Source: Candidatus Hodarchaeota archaeon
GTDB lineage: Archaea > Asgardarchaeota > Lokiarchaeia > Sigyniarchaeales > SOKP01
Assembly (NCBI GenBank): GCA_048886685.1
Contig: JBHLKM010000012.1
Coordinates: forward strand, 577-64,576
Length of the DNA: 64,000 nt
Reading direction: 5' to 3'
Shown: positions 45,094-55,370 of the stretch, piece after piece
Layout of the letters: each line of letters opens with the position of its first letter
Numbering within the stretch: the first letter of the stretch is position 1
Translations under genes and position numbers: made by a program
The notes under the pieces: model-generated
Seen by the model: only the letters and a program-made list of their open reading frames with translations
What the model was told of the DNA's origin: nothing
Database searches by the model: none

Positions 45094-45657
45094 ATGATAT
45101 TTCAAATAATTATCCGAGAAGTACAGTGGTACCAGTATTTAATAAATATTTTAATCACAGTAATAGGTAGATTACTTGATTTGCTTAGCACGCGATATGT
45201 ATCAAAAGAATTAAAATTGGAGACGAATATATTGGCTAAACGTATTGGTTGGAAGGGAATGGTTTTTATGCAGATACCTCTTGTGGTTTTAGGTGCATTA
45301 GACTTTTATTTTAGCTTCTTTATTTTATGGTGGAGTATATTACTATTCGCTAACAATATAGAAGGGAGCTGGTATATAAAAGAAACAGGAGAAGCAAACT
45401 ATCATAGAGAATTAGTATCCCGAGTAAAAAAATCCACCGGATGGAAAATCCTGTTCAGTGAAATTTCATATATTATAAAATTTTCAATAGCAGGGATTTT
45501 TATTATTATTTTCTTATTTATATATTATGATCTATTAGCTGTATTTTTAATTGCATTAGCTTTAATCATACAAGGAATTTTTGGGACAATTAGTTCAATT
45601 TTTTATCTTCTTAATTTAAAAAAAAGTAAATCTCAAGAAGACCCTGTATCTGAGTAA
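45094..45657 (+). CDS. hypothetical multi-pass membrane protein
   Basis: 187 aa with four or five hydrophobic helices. Confidence 0.4.
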   Translation: MIFQIIIREVQWYQYLINILITVIGRLLDLLSTRYVSKELKLETNILAKRIGWKGMVFMQIPLVVLGALDFYFSFFILWWSILLFANNIEGSWYIKETGEANYHRELVSRVKKSTGWKILFSEISYIIKFSIAGIFIIIFLFIYYDLLAVFLIALALIIQGIFGTISSIFYLLNLKKSKSQEDPVSE

Positions 45658-45668
45658 TATAAATTATT

Positions 45669-47816
45669 CTATTCAAATTTCTCTATCGCTCGTGAATGTT
45701 TTTTTATTCCTTTATAAATTGCAAAAGCAGAAAATCCAGCAATTCCGATGGTCAAAACTAGAGAAAATGGAAGTATATAATTTATTATTGGTTTTGGAAT
45801 AGTAAATCTAAAGGTTTCATTATAAAAAACTTCGGTATTGTTAGCATAATCTCTAACGAAAAGAAAATAAGAATAATCACCTGGCATTAATCTTTCTAGA
45901 TTAAATGTGAAATGACTTTTATTATCTAAAAAACCATTCGATGAGGTAAAATAAGCATAATCTGTAAAGTTATTGCTAGAAATGAATAAATATATACTTT
46001 CTATTCCTGAACGGTTATCTGAAACCTCAATATTGAAAGATATCATATTTGATGTTGAAGGGTTTTTTGGAAGATAAGAAATTTCATGTAAATTTGGTTT
46101 AGTATTATCTAAAGAAGTGGAGAAATTGAAAAATGAAGGGATTAGGTTATGACCCGTAATAGTTACATTATATTCCTCACTAACCTGTTTGGGTAAACGA
46201 AATTTAGCAATTCCATTAATATTAGCATATGTAGTGAAGTATTTACCATCAGATGTTCTAAAATGAACTCTCGCATATGGAACAGTTGAATTATTAATGT
46301 CTTTGATTATAACCGACATAAGTCCTCCCTCATAATAATTTTCGTTGAATGGATTCATTGCCTTTTTTGGATTATTTGTGTAAATATCAACCTCAGGATC
46401 CCCTAAAAGGTTATAGGTTAGAATATTTTTGCGTTCGAAATCATAAACAGTTGAGCCAGGTCCCTTGGTATAATAATCACTGTTTATATACGAAACTTTC
46501 GAATCATATAATGCTCTTCCTTGTTGAAATTTCTTTTGGTTAAAGAACTCTTCCCAAAATAACTTTGCATTTCCCCGATTTAATTTTTCAAGATTTTCAT
46601 CATTTTCAAAATACCATGTAACTCTTAATCCACCAATTACTCCTATCGCACCAGCATTCATTCTCTTTATTAGTGTTTCCCCAATACTTTCATCATTAAT
46701 ATCATAACTAGACATAGAACAAGCATCAAGATAAACTAAAGAAGGCATATTGATATTAGAACATGTATTAGCATCTGAAGAAGTATATCCTATATTAAGA
46801 GGATCAATAAAATATGATGTAGGAGAACCATGGCCTGCCATGATAACTGATGAATAACCTCCATCGAAATAGCTATTGAGAATTGAACTTGTAAGGTTTC
46901 CTCCTTCCTTTATTAAATGGGTATAATTCACAACTGATTTTGCATAATTTTGTATAATATAACTCGTTAGATCACTTTCATATTCTCCAGAATCTACACC
47001 AGAAACACTATAGCTTGAAATCCCTCCAGCTAATAACATTCTATTTGTCCAATTTCCAAAACTAGGATTAGTTTCATATTTTAAGGTCTTATTTACCATA
47101 ATTTCAAGTTCATATGCATCATTTGCAGGAAATCGTCCAACATAGACTTCTGGTATCCATGAGATTTCATCTAAACCATGACTAGTGTCTTCTGGAGCCT
47201 CACCCCAATTTCCATCTCCTTCATTTTCAAATCCATCGTTATCCCAAGAACTTGTAAGATCCGCATAATAGAAATCTGTAGGTTTATAATACTCACCTCC
47301 AATTGATTCAGTTCGTCCGTTACCCCAACGTATCACATCCGGGTTATATACATATCGGATGGGGATTAAATCATCTTGAGCATCTCCCGCTAATAGTACC
47401 CACCTAATTTTTTCTTTTTCATAGTAAGACTTTATCATTTTTCGAATTTTAGTAGCATTATCATCATCAACATCCCCATATACCGACCAATTACTTAAAA
47501 TTATTGTTTTTACTCCTTTTTCATTTTTCCAATCTCTCAATGGTTTTAAAGCGTCAATAAAATCGGTTCTATTCGGAGAAATAATTAACATTTCAACTTT
47601 TGGATTATACCAAAGATCATTCAATGAGTCATAATCTATTTCTGGTATGAAAGATAAATCGATTTCAGGATATCCATTAGTAGACAGAGAAATATCTGAG
47701 GTATTCAAATTTTCAAAATGAATATAAGGATTGATAAAAAAAACACTAATTACCAAGGTAATAATTATTATAACAAGTGACGCTGACCCTAACTTCTTTG
47801 ATAAAAATTTTACCAT
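45669..47816 (-). CDS. anchored clan-CD cysteine peptidase, gingipain (C25)-like
   Basis: N-terminal anchor (ASLVIIIITLVISVFFI). RWVLLAGDAQDDLIPIRYVY. His/Cys dyad contexts VIMAGHGSPT and VYLDACSMSS. Ig-like C-terminal domains and a C-terminal TM helix. Confidence 0.5.
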   Translation of the reverse strand: MVKFLSKKLGSASLVIIIITLVISVFFINPYIHFENLNTSDISLSTNGYPEIDLSFIPEIDYDSLNDLWYNPKVEMLIISPNRTDFIDALKPLRDWKNEKGVKTIILSNWSVYGDVDDDNATKIRKMIKSYYEKEKIRWVLLAGDAQDDLIPIRYVYNPDVIRWGNGRTESIGGEYYKPTDFYYADLTSSWDNDGFENEGDGNWGEAPEDTSHGLDEISWIPEVYVGRFPANDAYELEIMVNKTLKYETNPSFGNWTNRMLLAGGISSYSVSGVDSGEYESDLTSYIIQNYAKSVVNYTHLIKEGGNLTSSILNSYFDGGYSSVIMAGHGSPTSYFIDPLNIGYTSSDANTCSNINMPSLVYLDACSMSSYDINDESIGETLIKRMNAGAIGVIGGLRVTWYFENDENLEKLNRGNAKLFWEEFFNQKKFQQGRALYDSKVSYINSDYYTKGPGSTVYDFERKNILTYNLLGDPEVDIYTNNPKKAMNPFNENYYEGGLMSVIIKDINNSTVPYARVHFRTSDGKYFTTYANINGIAKFRLPKQVSEEYNVTITGHNLIPSFFNFSTSLDNTKPNLHEISYLPKNPSTSNMISFNIEVSDNRSGIESIYLFISSNNFTDYAYFTSSNGFLDNKSHFTFNLERLMPGDYSYFLFVRDYANNTEVFYNETFRFTIPKPIINYILPFSLVLTIGIAGFSAFAIYKGIKKHSRAIEKFE

Positions 47817-47919
47817 CTAGTATCAATAAAAATTGTTATTATTTATTTAATTTTAGAAATAATAAAATAGAAATAAGAATCTAATTATTATAAAAATAAA
47901 TTGTTGGATTATTACAATT

Positions 47920-48138
47920 ATGCCTTTTAGGTTTAACACATGTCCTCATTGTGACGAGAAAATTATATTTAAAATTGAATTAGGGGATATTGATTCTAAC
48001 CAGTATCCTGCTCCAGTTTATATCGTATGTAAAAATTGTAACAAAATATCTACTTTCTATGTAGATAGCCTATTGAGAATATCTTATAAAGAGCTTGAAA
48101 AAAAACCTGGTGGTATAACAACAATTCATACCGAATAA
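47920..48138 (+). CDS. small zinc-ribbon protein
   Basis: 72 aa with CPHC...CKNC. Confidence 0.4.
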   Translation: MPFRFNTCPHCDEKIIFKIELGDIDSNQYPAPVYIVCKNCNKISTFYVDSLLRISYKELEKKPGGITTIHTE

Positions 48139-48264
48139 ATTATTTTTTAAGCAATATTTTTTAAAAGAATTAGGTTTATTGATTAATTTAATAAAAAATC
48201 TTTTCTTAATGTTTCATAGGGAAATATTTATACAGCAACTAAAATACCTAAATTTTATACTAAC

Positions 48265-49827
48265 ATGTCCTATGAATTAGAAGATATTTCGGGAATTGGT
48301 AAATCAATCGCGGAAAAAATGAAAGCGGCAGGAATAGATTCAATTGAAAAACTGGTTGCTGTAAAACCCAATGATTTAGTAAAATTAAAAATAAAAGGCG
48401 TAGGAAAGGCAACAGCAGAAAAAATTATTACTAGTGCTAAAGAGATTTTTGAGGAAGTAGGTGGAAAAATAAAGTCTTCAGTAGTAATAAAAGAAAAAAC
48501 TGAGGAGGATGTTACTTCAAAACCTAAACCAAAACCAGATTCTAAGGTAAAAGGATCTGAAATAAAAGAATTAATTAGACAACAAGCAGAATGTAATATT
48601 GGTCTTGTAGGCCATGTAGATCACGGTAAAACCACCTTAGTTAAATCTTTAACAGGGGATTGGACTGATCGACATTCTGAAGAGCAAGAAAGAGGCATTT
48701 CGATAAAATTAGGATATTCTAATGCGACGATTCTTTATTGTCCTTCATGTAATGAATATACAACTGCCTACCTTGCAGAAAAAAACAGGAAGAAGGGACA
48801 ACCTCGATTTATTTGTTCAAAATGTAATGGTAACTTAGAATTTAGGCGTAATATTTCTTTTGTAGATGCACCAGGTCACGAGATTTTGATGGCAACCATG
48901 TTAAGTGGAGCCTCCTTGATGGATGGAGCATGTCTTTTAATAGCTGCTGACGAACAATGTCCTCAACCTCAAACTCGGGAACATTTAGCTGCTTTAAATA
49001 TTGCAGGGATTAAAAATATTATAATATTGCAAAATAAAATTGATGCTGTTTCTCGAGAACAAGCTTTAGAAAATTACCAACAGATCAAAGAATTTGTAAA
49101 AGGTACAGTAGCTGAGAACGCCCCAATTATACCTGTATCAGCAGTTTTTGAGTCAAATATGCATCTTGTTGTGAAAGCTTTTGAAGAAATAATCCCAACT
49201 CCAGAGTTTAAAGAAGATGAATCATTTCAATTTTTAATAGCAAGATCGTTTGATATTAATCGCCCTGGTAAAGAGATTATTGATTTAAAAGGTGGTGTAA
49301 TAGGGGGATCTGTATTAAAAGGAAAAATTGAAGTAGGGGATCAAATAGAAATTAAACCAGGAATTCGTATTAAGGATGAATATATCCCGATAAAATCTAA
49401 GGTAGTAAGCATTAGTCAAGGAAATAATTATTTGAAAACTGCTAAACCGGGTGGATTAATAGGTTTAGGTACAAACTTAGATCCTGCTTTAACTAAAGGT
49501 GATCATCTAATTGGACATTTAGTTGGAGGACCTGGAACTCTTCCAGGAATATTAACTGAAGTTGAGTTAAATGTCCATCTTTTAGATCGAGTGATTGGTT
49601 CTGAAGTCCAAATGAAGGTTCAACCTCTCAAACATGGCGAAAAATTGTTATTAGTTGTTGGGACAGAAAAGACTGGAGGAACCGTAACAAAAATATTAAA
49701 AAATTCGACTATAATAAAACTTACTCCACCTATATGTCCTCCTGAGAACTTCATTTATGCAATTTCTCGTATAATTAATAGACGTTATCGTTTAATAGGA
49801 TATGGTGAAGAAATTAATCATACTTAA
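48265..49827 (+). CDS. eif2g: translation initiation factor aIF-2 gamma with N-terminal (HhH)2 extension
   Basis: From about aa 105 the protein is collinear with aIF2-gamma (NIGLVGHVDHGKTTL, zinc knuckle CPSC...CSKC, DAPGHE, QNKID, domains II/III). Residues 1-62 contain two helix-hairpin-helix motifs (ISGIGKSIAEKM, IKGVGKATAEKI), followed by a K/P-rich linker. Confidence 0.9.
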   Translation: MSYELEDISGIGKSIAEKMKAAGIDSIEKLVAVKPNDLVKLKIKGVGKATAEKIITSAKEIFEEVGGKIKSSVVIKEKTEEDVTSKPKPKPDSKVKGSEIKELIRQQAECNIGLVGHVDHGKTTLVKSLTGDWTDRHSEEQERGISIKLGYSNATILYCPSCNEYTTAYLAEKNRKKGQPRFICSKCNGNLEFRRNISFVDAPGHEILMATMLSGASLMDGACLLIAADEQCPQPQTREHLAALNIAGIKNIIILQNKIDAVSREQALENYQQIKEFVKGTVAENAPIIPVSAVFESNMHLVVKAFEEIIPTPEFKEDESFQFLIARSFDINRPGKEIIDLKGGVIGGSVLKGKIEVGDQIEIKPGIRIKDEYIPIKSKVVSISQGNNYLKTAKPGGLIGLGTNLDPALTKGDHLIGHLVGGPGTLPGILTEVELNVHLLDRVIGSEVQMKVQPLKHGEKLLLVVGTEKTGGTVTKILKNSTIIKLTPPICPPENFIYAISRIINRRYRLIGYGEEINHT

Positions 49828-49865
49828 ATTAGTATAATCATCCCAAATCCGTATATAGAAGCTAT

Positions 49866-50192
49866 TTATGATGAATAGGAGAGAAATATCTCGCGGATTT
49901 TTCCCTTGATGAGACATAACGAGGGATCAACACTGCTAAATATTTTCTCTAAAGCTTTTACTACCTCTTTATCGATATCAGAATTACTTGATTTTGTGAT
50001 AGTTTGCTTTGTTTCATACAGAACCATAGTGCTTTCAACTTTGGCTAAAAAATGGAGTACAATTTCTATATCTACTTTACTGGATAGACTATTACTAGTA
50101 ATTTCTTTGAATTCATAGAATATTTCACCCATTACACGTTTCTCCAAAAAACCAATAAAATCATCAATATTATCACAAAAAATAACGATCAA
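49866..50192 (-). CDS. hypothetical protein
   Basis: 108-aa ORF. No recognisable motif. Confidence 0.3.
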   Translation of the reverse strand: MIVIFCDNIDDFIGFLEKRVMGEIFYEFKEITSNSLSSKVDIEIVLHFLAKVESTMVLYETKQTITKSSNSDIDKEVVKALEKIFSSVDPSLCLIKGKIREIFLSYSS

Positions 50193-50198
50193 AATTAG

Positions 50199-51899
50199 TT
50201 ATCTTAATTTTTTATTCTTTATATAAAATATAACGCCAAAAATTAGGATAATCCCGGAAATACCTCCAAAGATCAAAATCCAGAAAGGAAAGTGAATAAC
50301 GTTGGTATACACATAATTAATTTCCTTGGATGTCGAAATTATAGCTTCTTTTACAACTCTTCCCTCCCAATACACTTTTATTGTATAATTTCCTCTGGGA
50401 ACATTATATAAGACAATTTTCCCATTTTCATCCGATATACTAGGGATAATTGGCTGAATATTTTGATTTGAGATATACGTCCCATAAGTTGCCCCAAAAT
50501 GAAAAACTTCAATTTTTGCTCCCACTAAGGGCATTTTAATACTATCAGTAATAACTATTTTCAACTTCTGAAATGCGAGATATTTAATTGATACGGGGCA
50601 AGTTTCACCAACAAATAAAAATGGTATAGTTACATTCAAACCCAACCTTTTATTTGTAATAGAAAAATTAGCATCAGCAAATAATACCTCTCTATCGAAT
50701 AATGAATAAGCCTCTATCGTTTCTTCAAAATAAATATTCGGTTCATAGAATTCTACATTTTGTAAGTAAACATGCGGAGGTCCCGATACTAAACTACAAA
50801 AATAAATTCTTTCCCTTATTTCTCGCTGAGCTATAAGTCTGTCTATAGCCCATGAACTTCCAACTGGTTCTTCAAATCTTAACTTAAAAGTACTAGTGAA
50901 ATTAAGTGAAAAAGAGCTAGTAGCTGGGGTAAAGAGGTCTGAAAGTTTTATTTGCACTGATTTATCAGGATTTAAATGAGTATTAAGATTAACTTCACTT
51001 CCTCTTAAGGCCAATTTTTGATAATTAAATTTCTCCTTATCTAATGGGTTAACTGTTAAAGCAACATACCAAGTAGTAATCGGTAAAGTCTGACCTACGA
51101 CAAAAGCATGTTTCTGCCCGAATAGATCAAATTTATAATTTAGTTCTACTATAAATTCTTGCTCTACTTCAGTTATTTCTAAGATTTGACCTTCATTTTG
51201 CTCTATTGCCCATCCTGAAAGAGCTAAATCGAATTCCCATATAAGATACATATCAAAATTGAAAATACGACCTTCTTGGAAATAATCTTCATAATAGAAT
51301 ACAAGAAATCCAGCGTTATCAATGGTAAAATCAACTCCTTCTGTTAGGTTACTTATAACAGAGCCATTATTGACATAAAATTCTAATAGTTTTGCATTTA
51401 CATAACGGGAGTGATAGATCATATATCTTGCTTCTGAATTATTATATTCTACGTGTAAAGTCTCATTAAATTTGATAGTGATATATATTTTATCACTAAT
51501 AGTATCATCTAAATTGTCTATTATGGCTGGACTTGTAGTTTCAAGAAACTCCATGTATTTAATATTTACCTTTAAAGATTCGTTGCTAAGATCTTCAATA
51601 ATAAGTGGATGATTAACATTATGATTAAAAAATCCAATTGTAAGAGAGCTAAAATCAATATCATCTACAGTTATATTTCCTAATCCATGTTTAGCTGTTG
51701 TTAGTATTTCTGTGTAATTGTCTTTTGTAAATTTATTTATATTAAGGGTATTTTCTTGACCATAAATCTTACTTAGGTCGATGTTAGAAAAAATTTTAAA
51801 ATTTGTAAATAAAACGGGGATAATGATAGTTATAATCATCAAAACAAGCAGACCTAGCTTTTTAGAAACTATGGTGTGATTCCTAGTTTTAATAGCCAT
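50199..51899 (-). CDS. hypothetical surface protein anchored at both ends, with a carboxypeptidase-regulatory-like beta-sandwich near the C-terminus
   Basis: N-terminal TM (LGLLVLMIITIIIPVLF). GAKIEVFHFG...ENGKIVLYNVPRGNYTIKVYWEG. C-terminal TM (FPFWILIFGGISGIILIFGVIFYI). Confidence 0.4.
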   Translation of the reverse strand: MAIKTRNHTIVSKKLGLLVLMIITIIIPVLFTNFKIFSNIDLSKIYGQENTLNINKFTKDNYTEILTTAKHGLGNITVDDIDFSSLTIGFFNHNVNHPLIIEDLSNESLKVNIKYMEFLETTSPAIIDNLDDTISDKIYITIKFNETLHVEYNNSEARYMIYHSRYVNAKLLEFYVNNGSVISNLTEGVDFTIDNAGFLVFYYEDYFQEGRIFNFDMYLIWEFDLALSGWAIEQNEGQILEITEVEQEFIVELNYKFDLFGQKHAFVVGQTLPITTWYVALTVNPLDKEKFNYQKLALRGSEVNLNTHLNPDKSVQIKLSDLFTPATSSFSLNFTSTFKLRFEEPVGSSWAIDRLIAQREIRERIYFCSLVSGPPHVYLQNVEFYEPNIYFEETIEAYSLFDREVLFADANFSITNKRLGLNVTIPFLFVGETCPVSIKYLAFQKLKIVITDSIKMPLVGAKIEVFHFGATYGTYISNQNIQPIIPSISDENGKIVLYNVPRGNYTIKVYWEGRVVKEAIISTSKEINYVYTNVIHFPFWILIFGGISGIILIFGVIFYIKNKKLR

Positions 51900-52197
51900 G
51901 ATTGAGCTTTTATTTTTAGAACTTTAAAGTCAGAAATTTAAAATAAATTAATAAATTTTTCCTAAGATTTTAATTTTTACCTTGATTTATGGAAAAAGGC
52001 AAAAACCAAATCGGAATATTTATAATTTTGGAATTCATTTGAGAGTTATCAGAATTTAAACAAAATAGAAAAATAGAAGATTTATACAATAGACCATTCA
52101 TAATTTAGGATTTTTTGAATTATGATTCCCTATTAATGCATATAATGACAAGAAAATATTATAAAACTTCAAGTATTTTAGTAATTTATTGAGATAA

Positions 52198-53577
52198 ATG
52201 ACCAAGAAACCAGATAAAGCAAAATTTTTGGAGGATTTTAATAATGCCGTAGATCACTTTGTTGATCATTCATATCCGAGAATTATGACTATTTCCCATA
52301 ATGATGCAGATGGGATTAGTAGTCTGCATATTATCCAGAATTTATTATATCAACTAAAAGTAGATTATGATTATTTTATATATAACAGATCTGTTTCTTG
52401 GGAAAATTATTTAACAGGAATTTTATCTAAAAGACAAAGTGAAAAAACTGCATTTATTTTAACTGACTTAGGTTCTAATTTAACAGAATTAATTCCTATT
52501 ATTAACAAAAGACAAGAGCATTTTTTTATCCTTGATCATCATGAAGTAGAAGATGATATAAGATTTAGTAATTTACCTGAAAACTTATTTTTCGTAAATC
52601 CCACTATTCATGGTTTTGATGGTCTTGAACATATTTCTGGGGCAACTCTAGCATATATGTTCGCTAAGCAAATAAAACCCTCAATAGTAAAACAAGGGTG
52701 GCTTACAATAATAGGAATTGCTGGAGACTCTTTAAAGTCAATGGATAAACTTCAATCATTTAATCGAGAAATATATGAAGAATTAATAAACGAAGAACTT
52801 GTTGAGGATAAAGAAGGGCTTGTATTATTTGGAAGCATGCACGATTCCATTAAAAACTGTTTAAAATTCAGTATTTTACCTTATATTCATGGAATTGGTG
52901 GTGAATCAGATAATAATATTAAATCTTTTTTAAAGTCTATACAAATAGATCCAACGAAGAAAGTAGTTGATCTAAATCAAGATGAAGTCAATGCAATTCA
53001 ACAAAAATTAGATGTGGCTAGCTATGGTCATTATGCATTATTACCACATAAGGTAGGATTGCTAAAATTTGCATTTGAACACGCTCTCTTATTGAATATC
53101 CTATGTTTTAAAAACATTAGCGCTGCAATATCAATTACACAATTAAAAACCATTACTCGTTATGCCAAGAACTTATATATGGATTATATAAATAATCTGG
53201 TAAAGGATTTAAAAACTGTTTCAAATGAATTACCTACTTTGGAAACAGAAAAAGCAATATTTATGGAAGTAAAAGGAAAAATACCTCCTAGCGACTGGTC
53301 AGATACAGCCAGTTTCAGTGCTGTAAACCAACTCTTTAATCCTTTAAAAATTTTATTTTTAGGTGGTTTAGAATTGAAATCAGGAACAATTAAATTAAGT
53401 ATTAGATGTTCAAGAAGATACCTCGAAATTAATAATGGAAATGGGGTAAACAAAATCATTTCAAGAATAAAAAATGAATTGGGAGGTGTAGGCGGAGGAC
53501 ACAAGCTTGCTGGAGGTATTAGGCTATCAAAACCTTCTTATAATCGACTAAAAGATAGAATTGATGAGTTTATTTAA
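52198..53577 (+). CDS. DHH-family phosphoesterase, archaeal RecJ/Cdc45 (GAN)-like
   Basis: DHH motifs ISHNDADGISS, ILDHHEV and DHHA1 GGGHKLAGG. Confidence 0.75.
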   Translation: MTKKPDKAKFLEDFNNAVDHFVDHSYPRIMTISHNDADGISSLHIIQNLLYQLKVDYDYFIYNRSVSWENYLTGILSKRQSEKTAFILTDLGSNLTELIPIINKRQEHFFILDHHEVEDDIRFSNLPENLFFVNPTIHGFDGLEHISGATLAYMFAKQIKPSIVKQGWLTIIGIAGDSLKSMDKLQSFNREIYEELINEELVEDKEGLVLFGSMHDSIKNCLKFSILPYIHGIGGESDNNIKSFLKSIQIDPTKKVVDLNQDEVNAIQQKLDVASYGHYALLPHKVGLLKFAFEHALLLNILCFKNISAAISITQLKTITRYAKNLYMDYINNLVKDLKTVSNELPTLETEKAIFMEVKGKIPPSDWSDTASFSAVNQLFNPLKILFLGGLELKSGTIKLSIRCSRRYLEINNGNGVNKIISRIKNELGGVGGGHKLAGGIRLSKPSYNRLKDRIDEFI

Positions 53578-53610
53578 CCTTTATATTGAAATCTATTCTG
53601 TTAATGAATA

Positions 53611-53907
53611 ATGAGATTCCTCGAAAAAATTGATGGTCATACTTTCATTCTCCATATCAATGTTAAACCAAATTCGAGAAAGCAAGATTTAATTGAAAAT
53701 GATAAATTTCTTACAATTTATGTTAGATCTAAAGCTTTTAAGAATAAGGCAAATAAAGAACTAATTAACTTACTTAAAACTAAGCTAGAAATCAATCTAC
53801 ATCATATTAAGATAGTATCAGGATTGAAAAGTACAAATAAGGTTGTAAAACTGCATTTTTTAGAAAAACGGGAAAAACAATCACTAATCAACAAATTATT
53901 TGACTAA
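53611..53907 (+). CDS. DUF167 (YggU) family protein
   Basis: LHINVKPNSRKQDL...KANKELINLLKTKL is typical of UPF0235/DUF167. Confidence 0.6.
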   Translation: MRFLEKIDGHTFILHINVKPNSRKQDLIENDKFLTIYVRSKAFKNKANKELINLLKTKLEINLHHIKIVSGLKSTNKVVKLHFLEKREKQSLINKLFD

Positions 53908-53919
53908 CAATCTTTATTA

Positions 53920-54270
53920 TTAACTTCCTATTTTTATATGACGACCACATTGTAAACAGGTTATAAAATGAGTTGGTCCTTCATCAGCCCTCCGTGTTTG
54001 TCTTGACTCTAGATGTGCTTTTGTATATCCGCAGCTAGGGCATTTAAAATCCTTGATAGTGCTTTTTAAATGTTTTTCTTTCCAATTCATAACTTCAGTT
54101 AAGTTCGTAACTTCATTTCTAACAGAATGTTCAATTTTCATAGACACTTTATATGCTTCCGACTTTTCCTCAGAGAAATCTTTTATTGCTCCACATTTAC
54201 ACTTAAACACTTTTTTTCCTTTTACATTCGATGGGAGCATCATTGAACCGCAATCATCACAAAACTCCAT
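53920..54270 (-). CDS. tfs: transcription factor S (TFS; TFIIS/Rpb9-like)
   Basis: N-terminal zinc ribbon (FCDDCGSMM...CKCG). C-terminal TFIIS-type ribbon with acidic hairpin (CPSCGYTKAHLESRQTRRADEGPTHFITCLQCG). Confidence 0.9.
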   Translation of the reverse strand: MEFCDDCGSMMLPSNVKGKKVFKCKCGAIKDFSEEKSEAYKVSMKIEHSVRNEVTNLTEVMNWKEKHLKSTIKDFKCPSCGYTKAHLESRQTRRADEGPTHFITCLQCGRHIKIGS

Positions 54271-54345
54271 AAAAATTTGATCCTTATAGGTATGATTTAA
54301 AACTAAATTAAATAAATTAATTCTGCCAAATAATTTTTTTGGAAT

Positions 54346-55320
54346 CTATAATCTTAACCCAAATATCAATGCACAAAAAATAATCCCAGCAATAAGATCT
54401 GCTGTAGTACCTGGATTTAATTTCCCTCTTTTTTCTTGTAGCTCTCTATCTAATTTGATAGTAAGATCTAATCCTTCTTCAGATGAAATTCCTCCCTTTT
54501 CTAATATTTTAGATGCAGAATTTGATACATAAAGAGCAGATTCTTTTCCTGATTTTCTTATTATAAGTGTATCTGGATGATCCGAAAGAATTTTTAAGAA
54601 AGTATTTACGGTTGCAATATTTGGATCACCATATCGATTATATGCTTCAAGTAGGTAAGGTAATCCCTCGTTTAAGGTAATATTAAATCCTGTTGAATAT
54701 TCAGAGCTAATTGAGTCATAATCTTTCGAAAGTTCAAATATTTGTCTTAACTTAATTTTTTCTGCCCTAATTTCTCTAAAGGAATTTTCATCATTAATAT
54801 CGTATTTCTTGATCGTTCCTAATCCTCCAGGATTAGATAACCTTATAGCTCTATAGAGATTTATTGTATCATCTACTGTGGACTCATCAATGATTTTATT
54901 TAAATAATGTTTGAAATCGGAAAAATGATATCTATTATTTTTTAGACATACTACAGTAGCAGCAGTAAGAGGAGCTAATATTAAAATGTGTCCAAGTAAT
55001 ACATTTCCTCCACTTTGCCATTTTATCATCTGTTCTACAGCTTCCTTAAAGAAGCATCCTAACTCTATAAATCTATAATTCTTATCATCAATAAAAGAGA
55101 ATTGAAATATTTTTTCACAAAATTTCCTGAAAGTTGGTTGAATAGCCGCTATTCCACCTAAGAAATGTTCAAATCTCGTGTCATCAAAATCTTTAGTTCG
55201 ATGTACATTCCCAGGTTTAGGCCAACCCGCAACCTCCAATAAACTTGCTAAATTAATACATCTCATCAAGTCTTCTATTGATTTTATGGATAATACGAGC
55301 TTGGTCTTTTTTGTAGACAC
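54346..55320 (-). CDS. triphosphoribosyl-dephospho-CoA synthase (CitG/MdcB) family protein
   Basis: LEVAGWPKPGNVHR near the N-terminus and C-terminal NPGTTADLIA are typical of the CitG family. Confidence 0.65.
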   Translation of the reverse strand: MSTKKTKLVLSIKSIEDLMRCINLASLLEVAGWPKPGNVHRTKDFDDTRFEHFLGGIAAIQPTFRKFCEKIFQFSFIDDKNYRFIELGCFFKEAVEQMIKWQSGGNVLLGHILILAPLTAATVVCLKNNRYHFSDFKHYLNKIIDESTVDDTINLYRAIRLSNPGGLGTIKKYDINDENSFREIRAEKIKLRQIFELSKDYDSISSEYSTGFNITLNEGLPYLLEAYNRYGDPNIATVNTFLKILSDHPDTLIIRKSGKESALYVSNSASKILEKGGISSEEGLDLTIKLDRELQEKRGKLNPGTTADLIAGIIFCALIFGLRL

Positions 55321-55370
55321 AACTAAATATAATTATTATATTATATAATAATATTTAGTAAAAACAAGAA

